Source of the DNA: Dicyema japonicum
Lineage: Eukaryota; Animalia; Dicyemida
DNA length: 64,000 nt
Assembly (NCBI GenBank): GCA_011109175.1
Contig: RDEW01000009.1
Location: 253,237 to 317,236, forward strand
Direction of reading: 5' to 3'
Part shown: positions 51,486-63,084 of the stretch, one piece after another
How the letters are laid out: every line of letters begins with the position of its first letter
Position numbering within the stretch: the first letter of the stretch is position 1
Translations under genes and position numbers: made by a program
The notes under the pieces: generated by a model
Seen by the model: only the letters and a program-made list of their open reading frames with translations
What the model was told of the DNA's origin: nothing
The model's database searches: none

Positions 51486-51743
51486 TAATAATAAAGCCTT
51501 TTCACGAGAGCCATAGTATTTATAGCTCCGCATAGGTAGGACACACACTTTTATTTAAGTAAAGAAAAGTTAATTTTAATTAATCGTAGAACCAAGGAAT
51601 GATCTTCACTTCTTTTTTTCTTTTTCTTGTGTGTGGGTCCTTTCTAGACAATCCAGTTCAGAGTATCCACTGATGACGGCGTCACTCGTCAAACCGTAAA
51701 TAATCATCAGTGGATACTCGGAACTGGATTGTCTATTATTATT
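51486..51743 (-). mobile_element. 5'-truncated SINE copy with inverted duplication and 14-bp TSD
   Basis: Body matches 17340-17545; TSD ATTACACTCAATAA at 51472-51485 and 51744-51757; ~51645-51677 inverted at ~51704-51735. Confidence 0.8.
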
Positions 51744-53046
51744 ATTACACTCAATAAAAAGAAACAAAAGTGAAGAGCATTCTTTGATTCTCTCTCGGTT
51801 AGTTAGCATAACTGTTCTTTGCTTTAAAATAAAGTGTGTACCTGTCTGGGAAGAGCGATGGCTAATATGGCTCTTCTTAAAAAGCCTAATTATTACCAAT
51901 GAATATGTAGAGAATTAGATAGTTTCGTTGATGGTAAGGGATAATAAATATCCTTTAAAAATTATTGTGATAGAATTCTTGTTTACTAAAAACATTATTT
52001 GTAGGATTATTTGAATTTATGTATAGACACTAACAATATATAGTCGAAAGTCTTTTGTTACATGTAAAATTATTGACCAAATTGGAGTTTATGTAGTTTT
52101 CTGCCTTTACTAAGAATAAAATAAAGATTTAATTCTTCACGCTAAAATAGAGCATTTTAGTACTTTCTAGGTCAAATTGTTCTAGTTAAGACAATTTGAT
52201 TTTAATTTAATAGTCTTAAAAGTTCAAAAAAGGTGGCTCACTTTCCTTGAAAATCGTCAAGGAAATGCGTTTTCAATTCTGAGAATAGCCAGCCTTGACT
52301 AAAATCAGCTTTAGTATTTGTTGACTTGTTCATATGCAGAAAATATAAACAATTAAAATGTCAATGTGGATAGTTATGACTGGAAGAATTAAACACTTCC
52401 AAACGAACTGACAACTCAATTTTTTGATATTAAATGACCGAGAATAATTGTTTCGGAAAGGTTGAGCCTAAACCCCATTGATTATGAATGAAAAGGAAAA
52501 TGAGGTCACCTATAGTCTAACCTTAATGAGATGAAAAGATTCAATTATTTGGCTATGCGGATTGTCTGCTAAAGAAGACTTTCCCACAACATTAAATATA
52601 TGAATTAAGAAAACATTTGATAAGTTATACTCCAAGTGACCAAAGATCCAACTAGATCAAACACGTGGTCATCGGATTATTTCGGGAGCTAAATTCAATC
52701 CACATCACGTAATGTTGTGTGAGAATATGAATTGACACAAGAATTACGAAACAGTGGTTTGTTCGCATATTAAAAAATCGTCTGTTCGACTTCTTAAAGA
52801 CCTACATGATCGCAAAAACTTTTGCAGTATCTTATTTCACAGAGACTTATGCTAAATTAATCTAATTTTGTTTCCCTGCCGATTCCTACCTGGTTTCTGA
52901 TGGAGAGTTGTTAAGAAAATGTAAATTTTTGGAAATCTTTAATTATTTTCTGATTAAAATAACTATTAACGGTAAAAATCCATAAAATTTTTCAGCGCAG
53001 ATAAATGAATTCATTAATATAAATTGATCGAAAATAGCGTTTATTA

Positions 53047-55600
53047 ATGAGTTTATTTTCTAAATTCATATTTTCACACAGAATATTAAAGATTTCATCA
53101 AGATCACTGTCAAACCATGTGTGCGTAAGGAAGACATTTAAAGACGCCAATACAATCGTCCTCAAACTGGGATCTACCATAATCACAAATTCTGACGGAT
53201 GTGGTCTAGCTTTGGGTAGGTTAGCCTCAATAGTGGAACAGGTAGGCACCCCTGATCCAAATTTTAGGCATCTGAATTACAAAATTCTGGGAAAAAATTA
53301 ATTATTGTGACTAGCGGATCCGTTGCTTTTGGGAGACAAAAACTTCTTCAAGAGTCCTTAATGTCACAAAGTGTGCGCCAAACCATAAGTGGACCTGAGA
53401 ATCAACTTGTAATTTCAGTTTTTCAAGTCTTAGGAAATGATGAAGCAATCTGGAAACAATGCAAGCGCTGCTGTGGGCCAATGTGGACTAATGTTCCTTT
53501 ATGAATCAATTTTTCAGCAATATTCAGTCAAAGTAGCTCAGGTAGTCATTATTACTTGTTTCAGGTACTCCTAACAGCTCATGACTTAATGAATGATGGA
53601 AGTCGTCAGCATATATCTAACACACTGAGAGAGTTGATGAGCATATCTGTCGTCCCCATCATCAACACTAATGATGTGGTCACTTCTGAGTCAGTCAGAG
53701 TTAAAATGAACAACCACGTTAATCGTATTCAATTATTAAAGGACTTTGGAGAACTCGATAACGATGTTGTTGCAGCTTTGATCGCCAAGGAAATGTCTGC
53801 AGATTTGCTTATTTTAATGTCAAACGTGGACGGACTTTTCACTGGTTCTCCAGATGATCCAGATTCCAAAATAATTCACTACTTGAATCCTGATGAAGAT
53901 ATCAAAAAATTCGAAATCTCTGAGAAATCATCAGTTGGAATGGGAGGAATGCAGTCAAAAGTATATTAAACTAATTTAATACAAGATCAAATCTGCTTTA
54001 TGGGCTGTCCAGCAGGGGACAAACACAGTGATTTGCAATGGATTTAAGCCCTTAAACATTACACGGATAATACAGGGACACAAAATTGGTACATTACTCA
54101 CCACAGCAATGGACACTCACTCAGATATTGAGAGGATATGTTATGATGGTTAAGGCTTGAGAGACTATTTTTAGCTAGAGAGGCCTCACGAAAGCTGGCG
54201 AATTTATCTTCAGCTGAAAAGAGTATGTTGTTGAATGAAATTGGGGATTTACTTAAAGAAAACCAAAACGAAATATTGACACAAAATCGATATGATGTTG
54301 CTAATGCCGTCCAAAGCGGTCTATTCTACATTTTATTAATGCAGGAACAGAAAATTCCCTTATTGGTCGTTTAAAACTAACCCCTGATAAAATAGACATT
54401 CTGATCCAGGGATTAAGACAGGTATCAGAGCAGTTCACGAATTTACCTGGGCAAACTCTTGAGACAAAAAAGCTATCAGAGACACTTTTTCTGGAAAAGA
54501 TCAATGTTCCAATAGGTCTTCTCCTAATTATCTTCGAATCCAGACCAGACTGTTTAATTCAGGTAGGCCAGCTATATCTATTCTTAGATATCCTCTTTGG
54601 CTATAGCCACAGGGAATGGGGTCATTTTAAAAGGAGGAAAAGAGGCAAAGTACACAAACGAGTATCTCCATTCACTAGTGATTCAGGTTTTGAAGAAATA
54701 TGTACCGAGTGAAGCCGTCACTTTGGTATTCTGGGATTAATAGTTGTATAGGTAAGTAGTAGAGAAGAGATTGACGAATTAGTGAGGATGAAAGACTACA
54801 TCGATCTCATTATTCCACGTGGATCGTATAACCTTGTGGAAACTATTAAGGAAAAGTCAGAAGGTCAAATCCCTGTGTTAGGACATTCTGATGGAATATG
54901 CCACGTGTTTGTTGATTCAAGTGCAGATTTGAATAAATCGCTTACAATTGGTTAGTGAAAAATTTCATATAGCAAAGTCCGAGACTCAAAGTGCAATTAT
55001 CCATCTGCCTGTAATTCCATGGAGACTCTTCTTATACACAAGGATCACATCTCCTCTGGATTCCTAAACAAGATGGTCAAAATGTTGAAAGATAACAACG
55101 TATTTGAGAATTTTCTTAGTTTAGGTGGTCATGAATCCTGGAGAGAGACTTGCCTCGCAGTTCCAATTTGGGATGACCAAAACTAAATCTATGATGACGG
55201 AATATGGAGACTGGAGTGTAATATTGAGGTTGTTGATAATATCGATGACGCAATTAATCATATTCAAACATATGGCAGTAAACATACTGACGTAATCGTT
55301 ACAGAAAACAGTAAATCCAATAATAATTGCAGAAAAAAACTCAGATAAATTCCTTCGAGAAGTTGACTCTGCCTGTGTTTTTTTGAATTGCAGTTCGCGT
55401 TTTTCTGATGGGTATCGTATGGGATTAGGTATATGGTTAAAAATAATTTAGGCGCTGAAATTGGAATAAGCACGGGGAAGTTGCATGCACGTGGACCAGT
55501 CGGCGCACAAGGACTGTTATCAACAAAGTGGATATTACGTGGAGATTCTGAGGCTGTGGAACAATACGAAATCCTAAAGACAAAGAAATACCTTCACTGA
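53047..55600 (+). CDS. ALDH18A1: Delta-1-pyrroline-5-carboxylate synthase (glutamate kinase + gamma-glutamyl-phosphate reductase)
   Basis: [136 protein letters not shown]; many short introns. Confidence 0.95.
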
Positions 55601-55679
55601 TAATAAATATTCTTCTATATTTGGATAATTTTCCTTTCAATATTTTTCCTTTGCATATCGTAATAATTAAGCGAATTTT

Positions 55680-56460
55680 AATCCAGATTGCTGGTAATCC
55701 CTCATCTTCTCTTAGAAGAAGACTGTACCATAAACTCCCTGTTATTACCCATCTCCACTTCAGCTTCAGTCGAAATATCTCTTTTAGAGTCCAGTGGGCT
55801 ATCCTCACGGCATGCCAGTTCTACAAGTTGGAAGGTAGCAGAGGCGACTCTTCATCGTGTACCTTCATCCCATGCTTATGTTAAATGAGCATACTTTCAA
55901 GCGTTTTCTTCAGCACAACCGATTGGATGTAAGTCCTCGTTGATTCTTCAATAGATAGTTTATCCATATGATTCTTTAAGCATCTTGAGACAACTCCATC
56001 CCATGTCAAAACCACTGTAATAATCTTCACTAGACATTCATAGAGTAGCGAAAGTTCGTTTGCAAGCAAGTCAATTTTGTGAAGATTCACAACTTCAACT
56101 TGCTTTAGTCGGTCTTTTAGGTAATGCCCACTTCGATAAAAGTTACTTTCCTTCTTTATTATGTCTTAAACAAGAATATCAGGTTTATTGAATTTGACTT
56201 TCGTTTCTGTCATAATCGGTGTCAACTCTGAATTCGACATTTTGAGTCGTCAATATTGACTGAACCGAATGTCCTTTCAATTTCCTGTTTCTTTTGATTC
56301 CATAAACTCGACAAAGATGAAAATAGATACACTTTACTACTTCATTATGTCTTCGGAGATAATCACTGTTTAGCATTTTACCACACTGAGTGACCAAATG
56401 ATCGACAGTTTTCCTGCTTTTTTGCGATGGTTGCATTTTTCCTTTGCATAACATAGATTT
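55680..56460 (-). mobile_element. R4/Dong-like RLE element 3' part
   Basis: KTVDHLVTQC..YLRRHNEVVKCI..HSVQS, KPDILV, KQVEV..DLLANEL..VVLTWDGVV. Confidence 0.8.
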
Positions 56461-56484
56461 ACATTAAGTTATTTCTTCCTTAAA

Positions 56485-57135
56485 CTCTCAACGGGTCTGG
56501 ACGATGTGCCGTATACCGAAACTCATTTGAAAGTCTACTGGTGTCATCTAATCGATACTGCCGTGCTTTTTTTGTCGGGTACGACTCGGATTGAAAGTAT
56601 ATGTGCCTCATCCATGCCGATGCGAGGACAAGATTGACAGTTTTGGCATGCACTCATTCTCCTGCAGGAATATCGCGGGGAGATTTCCCAAACACATGGC
56701 CTTGAACGAAGTCGTTAGACGAGCTTTGGACGCTGCTTGATACCTTTCATGCTCGAACCAGTTAGCCTTTGTAGACATGATGGGAAACGTCCCGATGGAA
56801 TGATCATCTTTCCCTTTGAAGTTGGGAAACCATTTGTCTGGGACGTCACCTGCACCGACAAGTTTGCCCTTTGCAACCTACTCCTAAGTGCCTCTGGAGC
56901 CTGCTGTGCTGATGAGAAGACTGAGAGATTGAAACAAGTCACATATGCGGTTCTACTCGAGGATTTTTTGTTCGTTCCGCTCGCGGTTGAAACGTCCGGT
57001 TCGCATGCGCCTTCGACGCTGGGATTTCTGTGTCATCTAGGGAATCGGATTTCTAAATGCACATGACATCTTCGTGAGCGATGCTGGCTATTTGTGTGAA
57101 TATCGATCGCCATCCTGAGATGGAATATCCACGTA
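56485..57135 (+). mobile_element. CRE-like RLE fragment
   Basis: [40 protein letters not shown]. Confidence 0.85.
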
Positions 57136-57139
57136 GTTT

Positions 57140-58480
57140 CAAAATGGATAAAAACTGTTTTCCGTCTGGTGAGAATAAACGAGATGACGAACTCAGGAGA
57201 CAGTAGAAACCCAAAGTTCTGAATAAAGAAAGAAGTGTCTGGTTTACGTAGAATCCGGTTTCAACCCAAATGCAGCAGAAGACACACTCTTAGAGGTCGA
57301 TCTCTCCACACTCCACGGTTGTTATCTTGCAGTCTCAAAAAGGTTAGGCCATCTTCGAATTTTAGCTTTTTTTCAAGTATTTTAGATTATTTCTTAAACA
57401 GCTTACAGTGACAGTAAATTTAAATTTATTGAACCAGAAATCCACCGTCATAACAAAAAAAAAAATTCCCGATCTCGATCAGCAGTCTTCGTATCATTTT
57501 CCTGTTGTCAGACTGCGTTCCAGCACATTTACGATAAGGTCGGTGGTCAGCGCACGAATCCTCCTCAAGAAAATTGCCCCATAGTTTCAAAGCTTCTGAG
57601 CAGGATTTCCTTGCAAGAAGACTTCTTCAATAGATTTGCTACTATGATTGAACGTTATAGATCTTAGTCAAATTCGTTGCGGAGAGTTTATCCCCAAGCA
57701 GCACATGCATAACGAATTGTAAATTCAATATACTGTTCTTAGAGGACAATCTATTTATACCTTTGAAGTCTCTTAGATTTCCCAGAAAAGCCTTCATAAA
57801 GTTAATCTTCCTCGTGCAAGTCGTTACTACCTTTTCAACATGGATTGAAAAGGTTAAGAAGGTATCGAAGGTGACTCCGAGGATCTTCTGAGTTTTGCTT
57901 TGCGAGATAGTTTTTTTCGTCTAACTTGACGTCATTTGATAGTTTCCCAGTTTTCTGTTTAATATGAAAGGGTTGAAAATGCTCGTTAGTGAAGAAAGCC
58001 ACAGTGCCCAACTTTTCAACAGGATCGCTGGGATCCTGTATGTTCCAAATGAATGCTTGTTCTTTGACCGAGAAATCTCCGATGCTACATTTTTCGGTAG
58101 AAAGTACAATGATGAATGCCCTTTTTTCGGTTTGAATTTAGTGTTGGAAAATATATCGAATTTTTTGTAGGGTTAGTGACTTATTCGCACACAATGCTTC
58201 ATGCATTTGTTTAGATCCATTCGGCGATCAAGGCCTCCCTCATTCTTACTGTCAGTATTTTTAATGTTCCGTAAAATCTTCCAAATCTTGGAAAGTGAAA
58301 CATTTTTTTTCATGATAGTGGAGATTCGGCCCAGTTTCCTTCTTTGTAAATGTGTTTCATTTTTGGAGATCTCCGGGTTCAGTGTTTGGATCCTATTAAT
58401 TGGGTCTCTTGTAAAATATTGTCTTCAGTTAATTTGAAAGTCGATTTTATCTTCATTTTTCTATCATCTTACATGAGTTT
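57140..58480 (-). mobile_element. Degraded APE-LINE remnant
   Basis: KILGVTFDTFLTFSIHV, TYRIPAIL, terminal TENSFYP. Confidence 0.6.
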
Positions 58481-59100
58481 TAATCCGAGGCTATCTTGCC
58501 GGATCACCCTTACCCTTACATACACATATCCAAATTGTTGGAAATACTTGTTTTAAAGATAATTTTCCCACATCTTCCATCACCTTTCTTCCAGCATGGC
58601 TTCAGACAAGGTCGCTCAACTACGACGCATCTGTCGAAATTTATAGGTGATGGTTTCAACACATCAAAAATTCATATACGAACAGCCTTGCTCTATGTGG
58701 ATATACAAAATACATTCGATTCTATCTTTAGTCCCCTGATAACAAAAAAGATTTTTGAGACTTTTATCCTTCCAAATATAAAACTTTGGCTGAGCAACTT
58801 CCTTTCCTGGTGACGTGGGAGAGTACGGTGTGATAACCACTATCAAAAACTCGCCTTCTTCAGAGCGATATGCCACATGGATCTCCACTGTCCTCTGCAT
58901 TATTTAACCTGTTTTTATTTAATACTCCAAATGTCAATGATTCAGACATGCATTTCCTAACTTATTATTATTACTGCTAGGAACAGATCCCTAGCAACAC
59001 CTTAACAGGACGCAAGATTGGCTCAATATTAATTATCTCATGGCTTCTGTGACAAAATCCCATTCACGATATTTATGTCAGATAACAAGTCCAAATGTCA
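58480..59100 (+). mobile_element. Ingi/Vingi-like RT fragment
   Basis: FQHGFRQGRSTTTHL..GFN..RTALLYVDIQNTFDS..WLSNFLS. Confidence 0.75.
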
Positions 59101-60213
59101 GACTTAAGTGTACATTATGGACATCCATATAGCTCCGTCAGTGGGATATAAAAATCAGATCCTGCTTTTTCATACCAAAAGCTAATATTCGTTTCTCCCC
59201 TGTCTCTAATATTTTTGACAAGCTTTTTTACTAAAATCTGCATCTGGGCTGACCTGAAGAACAAGTTTAGTAGCTGCTCTCTTTATTTGTTTCCAATACC
59301 AATGTGGTGGTGTTTTTTTTCTACTGAGAAAAAATCATCTGTCACATCAGTAAATAAGGGAACTACCCTGGGAGAATAACATTATAGTTTGTTTCCAATC
59401 TTCATCTTGTGGAGACGTAACAAAGTTTGATAGGACCATTTTTCTTCAGTTCAATATCTTTTTTTTGTAAATACCCATTGTATCCAAACAAGACTCCCAA
59501 GTAGTAATCGTACACCAGATTTTCCTCTAATACTCTCACACAGATTTTTCTCGTTATGTGATATAGAATCGTAGATGCTTTTTCTTAGTATATAAATTTC
59601 ATTTAAACAAAGGGATTCCGGATGTTGAATATATTAAAGGCAATTAAAGGCTCTTCCATTCAAGTTATTTTTCCAACAATTGAATATGCTTGTGATGATC
59701 TTGTAGCAGTCAAGGATTGAGATCATCATTGAGATCTCTAAACCCAATAAACTAAATTCAATCAGATGAAGAACTACTTGTTTGCATCCCACACTATTAC
59801 AACAACCCTTCCTACTCTCTTTTAAGAAAATTTCACGAGATACTATGGTTCCTGTTTCCTTTGTTTCTTCAAAGAAGGACTTTATGGTTTTGTGATTGTG
59901 GGAACCATACAAATTAATTGTTGACTATTAACCTTTTCTCGGTGTCTCCAGGATCAATAAATTAAATTAATTCAACAGTCCCGTACTCATTGGTGCAGGT
60001 TGTACAACAAAGGTGAATAAATTCTCTAAATTATTCAAAAGAAATCAATCAATTTAAGTTAAAATGGTGTCATTGAAGAAAGTTATATGGCATATTATTA
60101 TTACACCAGGATCACTGGGTCAAAGAGAAAAAAATAAAGTTCTCATCTAGAAATATAAGTTCTCATAAAAATAGTAAATTAAATTTTTAGAAATAAAAAC
60201 ATAATTTTAATAA

Positions 60214-61674
60214 TCAGAACAAATCAGACAAGACATTAACAAGTTCATTATAGGACAAACTGTGAATTATTCTAGGGTTAGCAAGGTCAATGAACTCAAA
60301 CATAGACTCTGATAAGCTCTATAAAATCAAACGAAGTGTATACTTTAATATTAACAACAACCACGTGTCTACATATTCCAAATCTAGTCATATTCACTAA
60401 GCCGGTATCCAATGGAAACATGATCCCTATCATCAGGACAATTTCTCCCACCAACGAAGCACTGATTCTTGACCTTGTCCAAACTGAATAATCGGTCCCT
60501 CATTCTCTCAAACATATAGCCTTTCTAAAATCACAAAAAACACACCTTTTGAGTTAACAAACAGAGTTTAAAGGCTGCAACATGTTTGGCCATACAATAT
60601 TAGTTCCTTTATCAGCTTCCACACAGGTCGCCATCAACCTGCCAATACCAATTCCATATGAGCCCATTACGACGTCTCGAGATTCTGGTCTTAGCAAACA
60701 GGAGTATTTAGTCCCCAAAAGAAAGCAGTGGGCGACCTCAAAGTAAGTCGTCGGATACCTCAATGCAGTTTATAGCGGTGGTCTCTGAATTGCAATGATA
60801 GCAGTTTTGGACATCAGAATAGTGAGACGCTGACTGACAACTTTATTATATTTTGTTAAATTACTTGATGCACAGTGATATTTTCTCCTCACCGACTAAT
60901 GCAGGGACCAGAAATTCATGAGATGTGGATCCGCCCATCAATCCACTGTCAGCAGACACTGAAGTAAGATCTTAAGAATACAGCAATAGTGGGAGAGCTT
61001 TAGATCTGTCAAAATTCTCCCGTAAGACTGTTTGACAGTTTCGTAAAACTCTTCAGCGTGTTTTAAGTCAGAGTCGAAAGAATACAAGTCAGCATCACCA
61101 TATAATAGCACCTTTCATTTCAAATTCACGACTTCGGAGTAGACCATGCTTTGGACGAACCTCATCTCTAAATTTTCGGGAGATCTAAATAAGGAAACAG
61201 CTTACTTGGTAGATTTTTGGAAAATATTCTTTGACAGGACCCCTCAATCCAACCATGTTAGCCACGTGTTCTTCATGTGTCTCTTATATAGATAATAACA
61301 TCAACTGGACTCAAGCAGAAGTCGTGGTTTGAGCGGTCAGTAAATCGAAATAATTCGTTGGCCATCAAATCCCACCTCTTCACGGATGACCACAGTTCTT
61401 TGGAAGCAATTGTAGGGAGGGAGACCTCGGAGGCTCCGATTGAGTCCATCTCAGCTCTGATCATTTTCTTTAATTTGCTCATAACTCTTAATCCTAAAGG
61501 TAGGTAATAAAATATTCCAGGAGAGGCCTGATCAATGTAACCGTGAGACATAAGCAACTATCAATATCAAGAATAGACAACCTTGTGACTCTTTGATAAT
61601 GTATTAATGGTTTCTTTAGAGCTATTAGCCATTAATGCAGTCATTAACGTAGACTTTACATTATTTAGTGGCAT
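60214..61674 (-). CDS. PARS2: Prolyl-tRNA synthetase, mitochondrial/bacterial type, multi-exon
   Basis: [106 protein letters not shown], IVWP; introns 21-25 nt. Confidence 0.93.
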
Positions 61675-61799
61675 TGTGCATGGATTTATTTATTTATTAT
61701 TATTATGATAAATTAATTAATATCATTTATTTTATTAACTTATTTTATCTAAGTCAGTGTTACCTACTCGTAATTTTTTGATTTTCGGAATACTTTACT

Positions 61800-62930
61800 T
61801 GGAATTCAGTCGAGATAAAATAGAATGGACACAACCCACGCCACCAGTATTGACAAGAATCAAACACCACGTGATTTCAAACATCAGGCAGATATCATAA
61901 TGGACCACTACGCAAAAGTGATCACATCAACATGAACAAATTGAATAACGTCCATGCAAATTGAATAACGTTCAAACTCCTAAGGAAAACCGATTTCAAT
62001 CAGTAGGACTGATGTCGAAAAAATATCAAAAACACTCCTGCTAAAGGGCTTGATGGAGTCTGCATTTAAAGTACATTCGAATGCAGGGATTTAAGGCAAC
62101 AACTACGAATTCCTGCAATATGGAAAAAATCCAAAATAATCAAAATCCTGAAGCACAAAAAAGATCCTTCGGATCCGGGATTTTTCAGACCGATTTCACT
62201 ATTATCTGTGGTATCGAAAATTGTTCAACGTGTTGTATTAAAACTAATATCGGAGTATTTTCCCAGATTTTCAACTATTATAATCCTCCCAAACGGACTA
62301 TCCTTGTATCGATCGACCTAACCAAGGCGTTTGATAGAACATCAAGGCAGGTTCTAAGTAACAAAATTCTTGCATCTTGAATTCCTCCATGTCTTCAGAA
62401 TTGCTCTCTGGAAGAATTGGTCGAGTTAAAATTATATTCACGTACAACTTCCGCCAACTAAATTTTCAACAAATTTTATCAATTTATGGACAAAAGCTCC
62501 CCGTTACGAAACATCCCAAAATACTTGGAGTCATTTCGACCAACTACTAACTTACTCGAAACATGTGGAGGAACAACGTACAAAGGCATCTCACAAGATC
62601 GACATAGTAAAATCTGTGTCATACCATTCCTTCGACCAAAGCAAAGAAGCCCTAACCTTCATCTATATACAGTTCATTCGAACCACAATTAACTATGCAA
62701 GTCTTTTTTTTCCACCTCTGTCTCCTTACTTCTATCGATAAACTACAAAAAAGTCCAAAACATCGCGCTCAGAACGATTACTGGATATCTCAGATCAACC
62801 CCATTGATCATCTACACTGGGAATCAAAAATCCTTCCAATTGGAGACCATTTGGAAATGCGAGCTCTGCAGTCCCTCTCCTAAGCCTACAGCCTAGACCA
62901 AGGGTCAGCAACATTTTAAGCCAAAGAGCC
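61800..62930 (+). mobile_element. Degraded Ingi/Vingi-like RT and C-terminal fragments
   Basis: FRPISLLSVVSK, RTILVSIDLTKAFD, PKILGVI, QNIALRTITG, PIDHLHWESKILPI. Confidence 0.7.
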
Positions 62931-63084
62931 AATTATTGGTTTTTTGACATTGGTAGTTAATCAAAACGCAATTTAAAAGTTTATATCGCTTTTTTATGAC
63001 TTTTTTTTCACAAAAATTTATACATACTTTATAATCCTTCACAATAAATTATACAACCTCAGCTGTCAATCAATTTTTGATGAA

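Noticed and set aside
59110-59912. Tc1-like transposase on the minus strand
   Set aside because: Only faint echoes (ETGTIV, EDWKQTIMLF); no DDE motif or TIR identified
60214-61674. Bacterial contamination or HGT of proS (and proBA at 53047-55600)
   Set aside because: Both genes carry spliceosomal mini-introns; the fused P5CS and mitochondrial-type ProRS are normal animal genes
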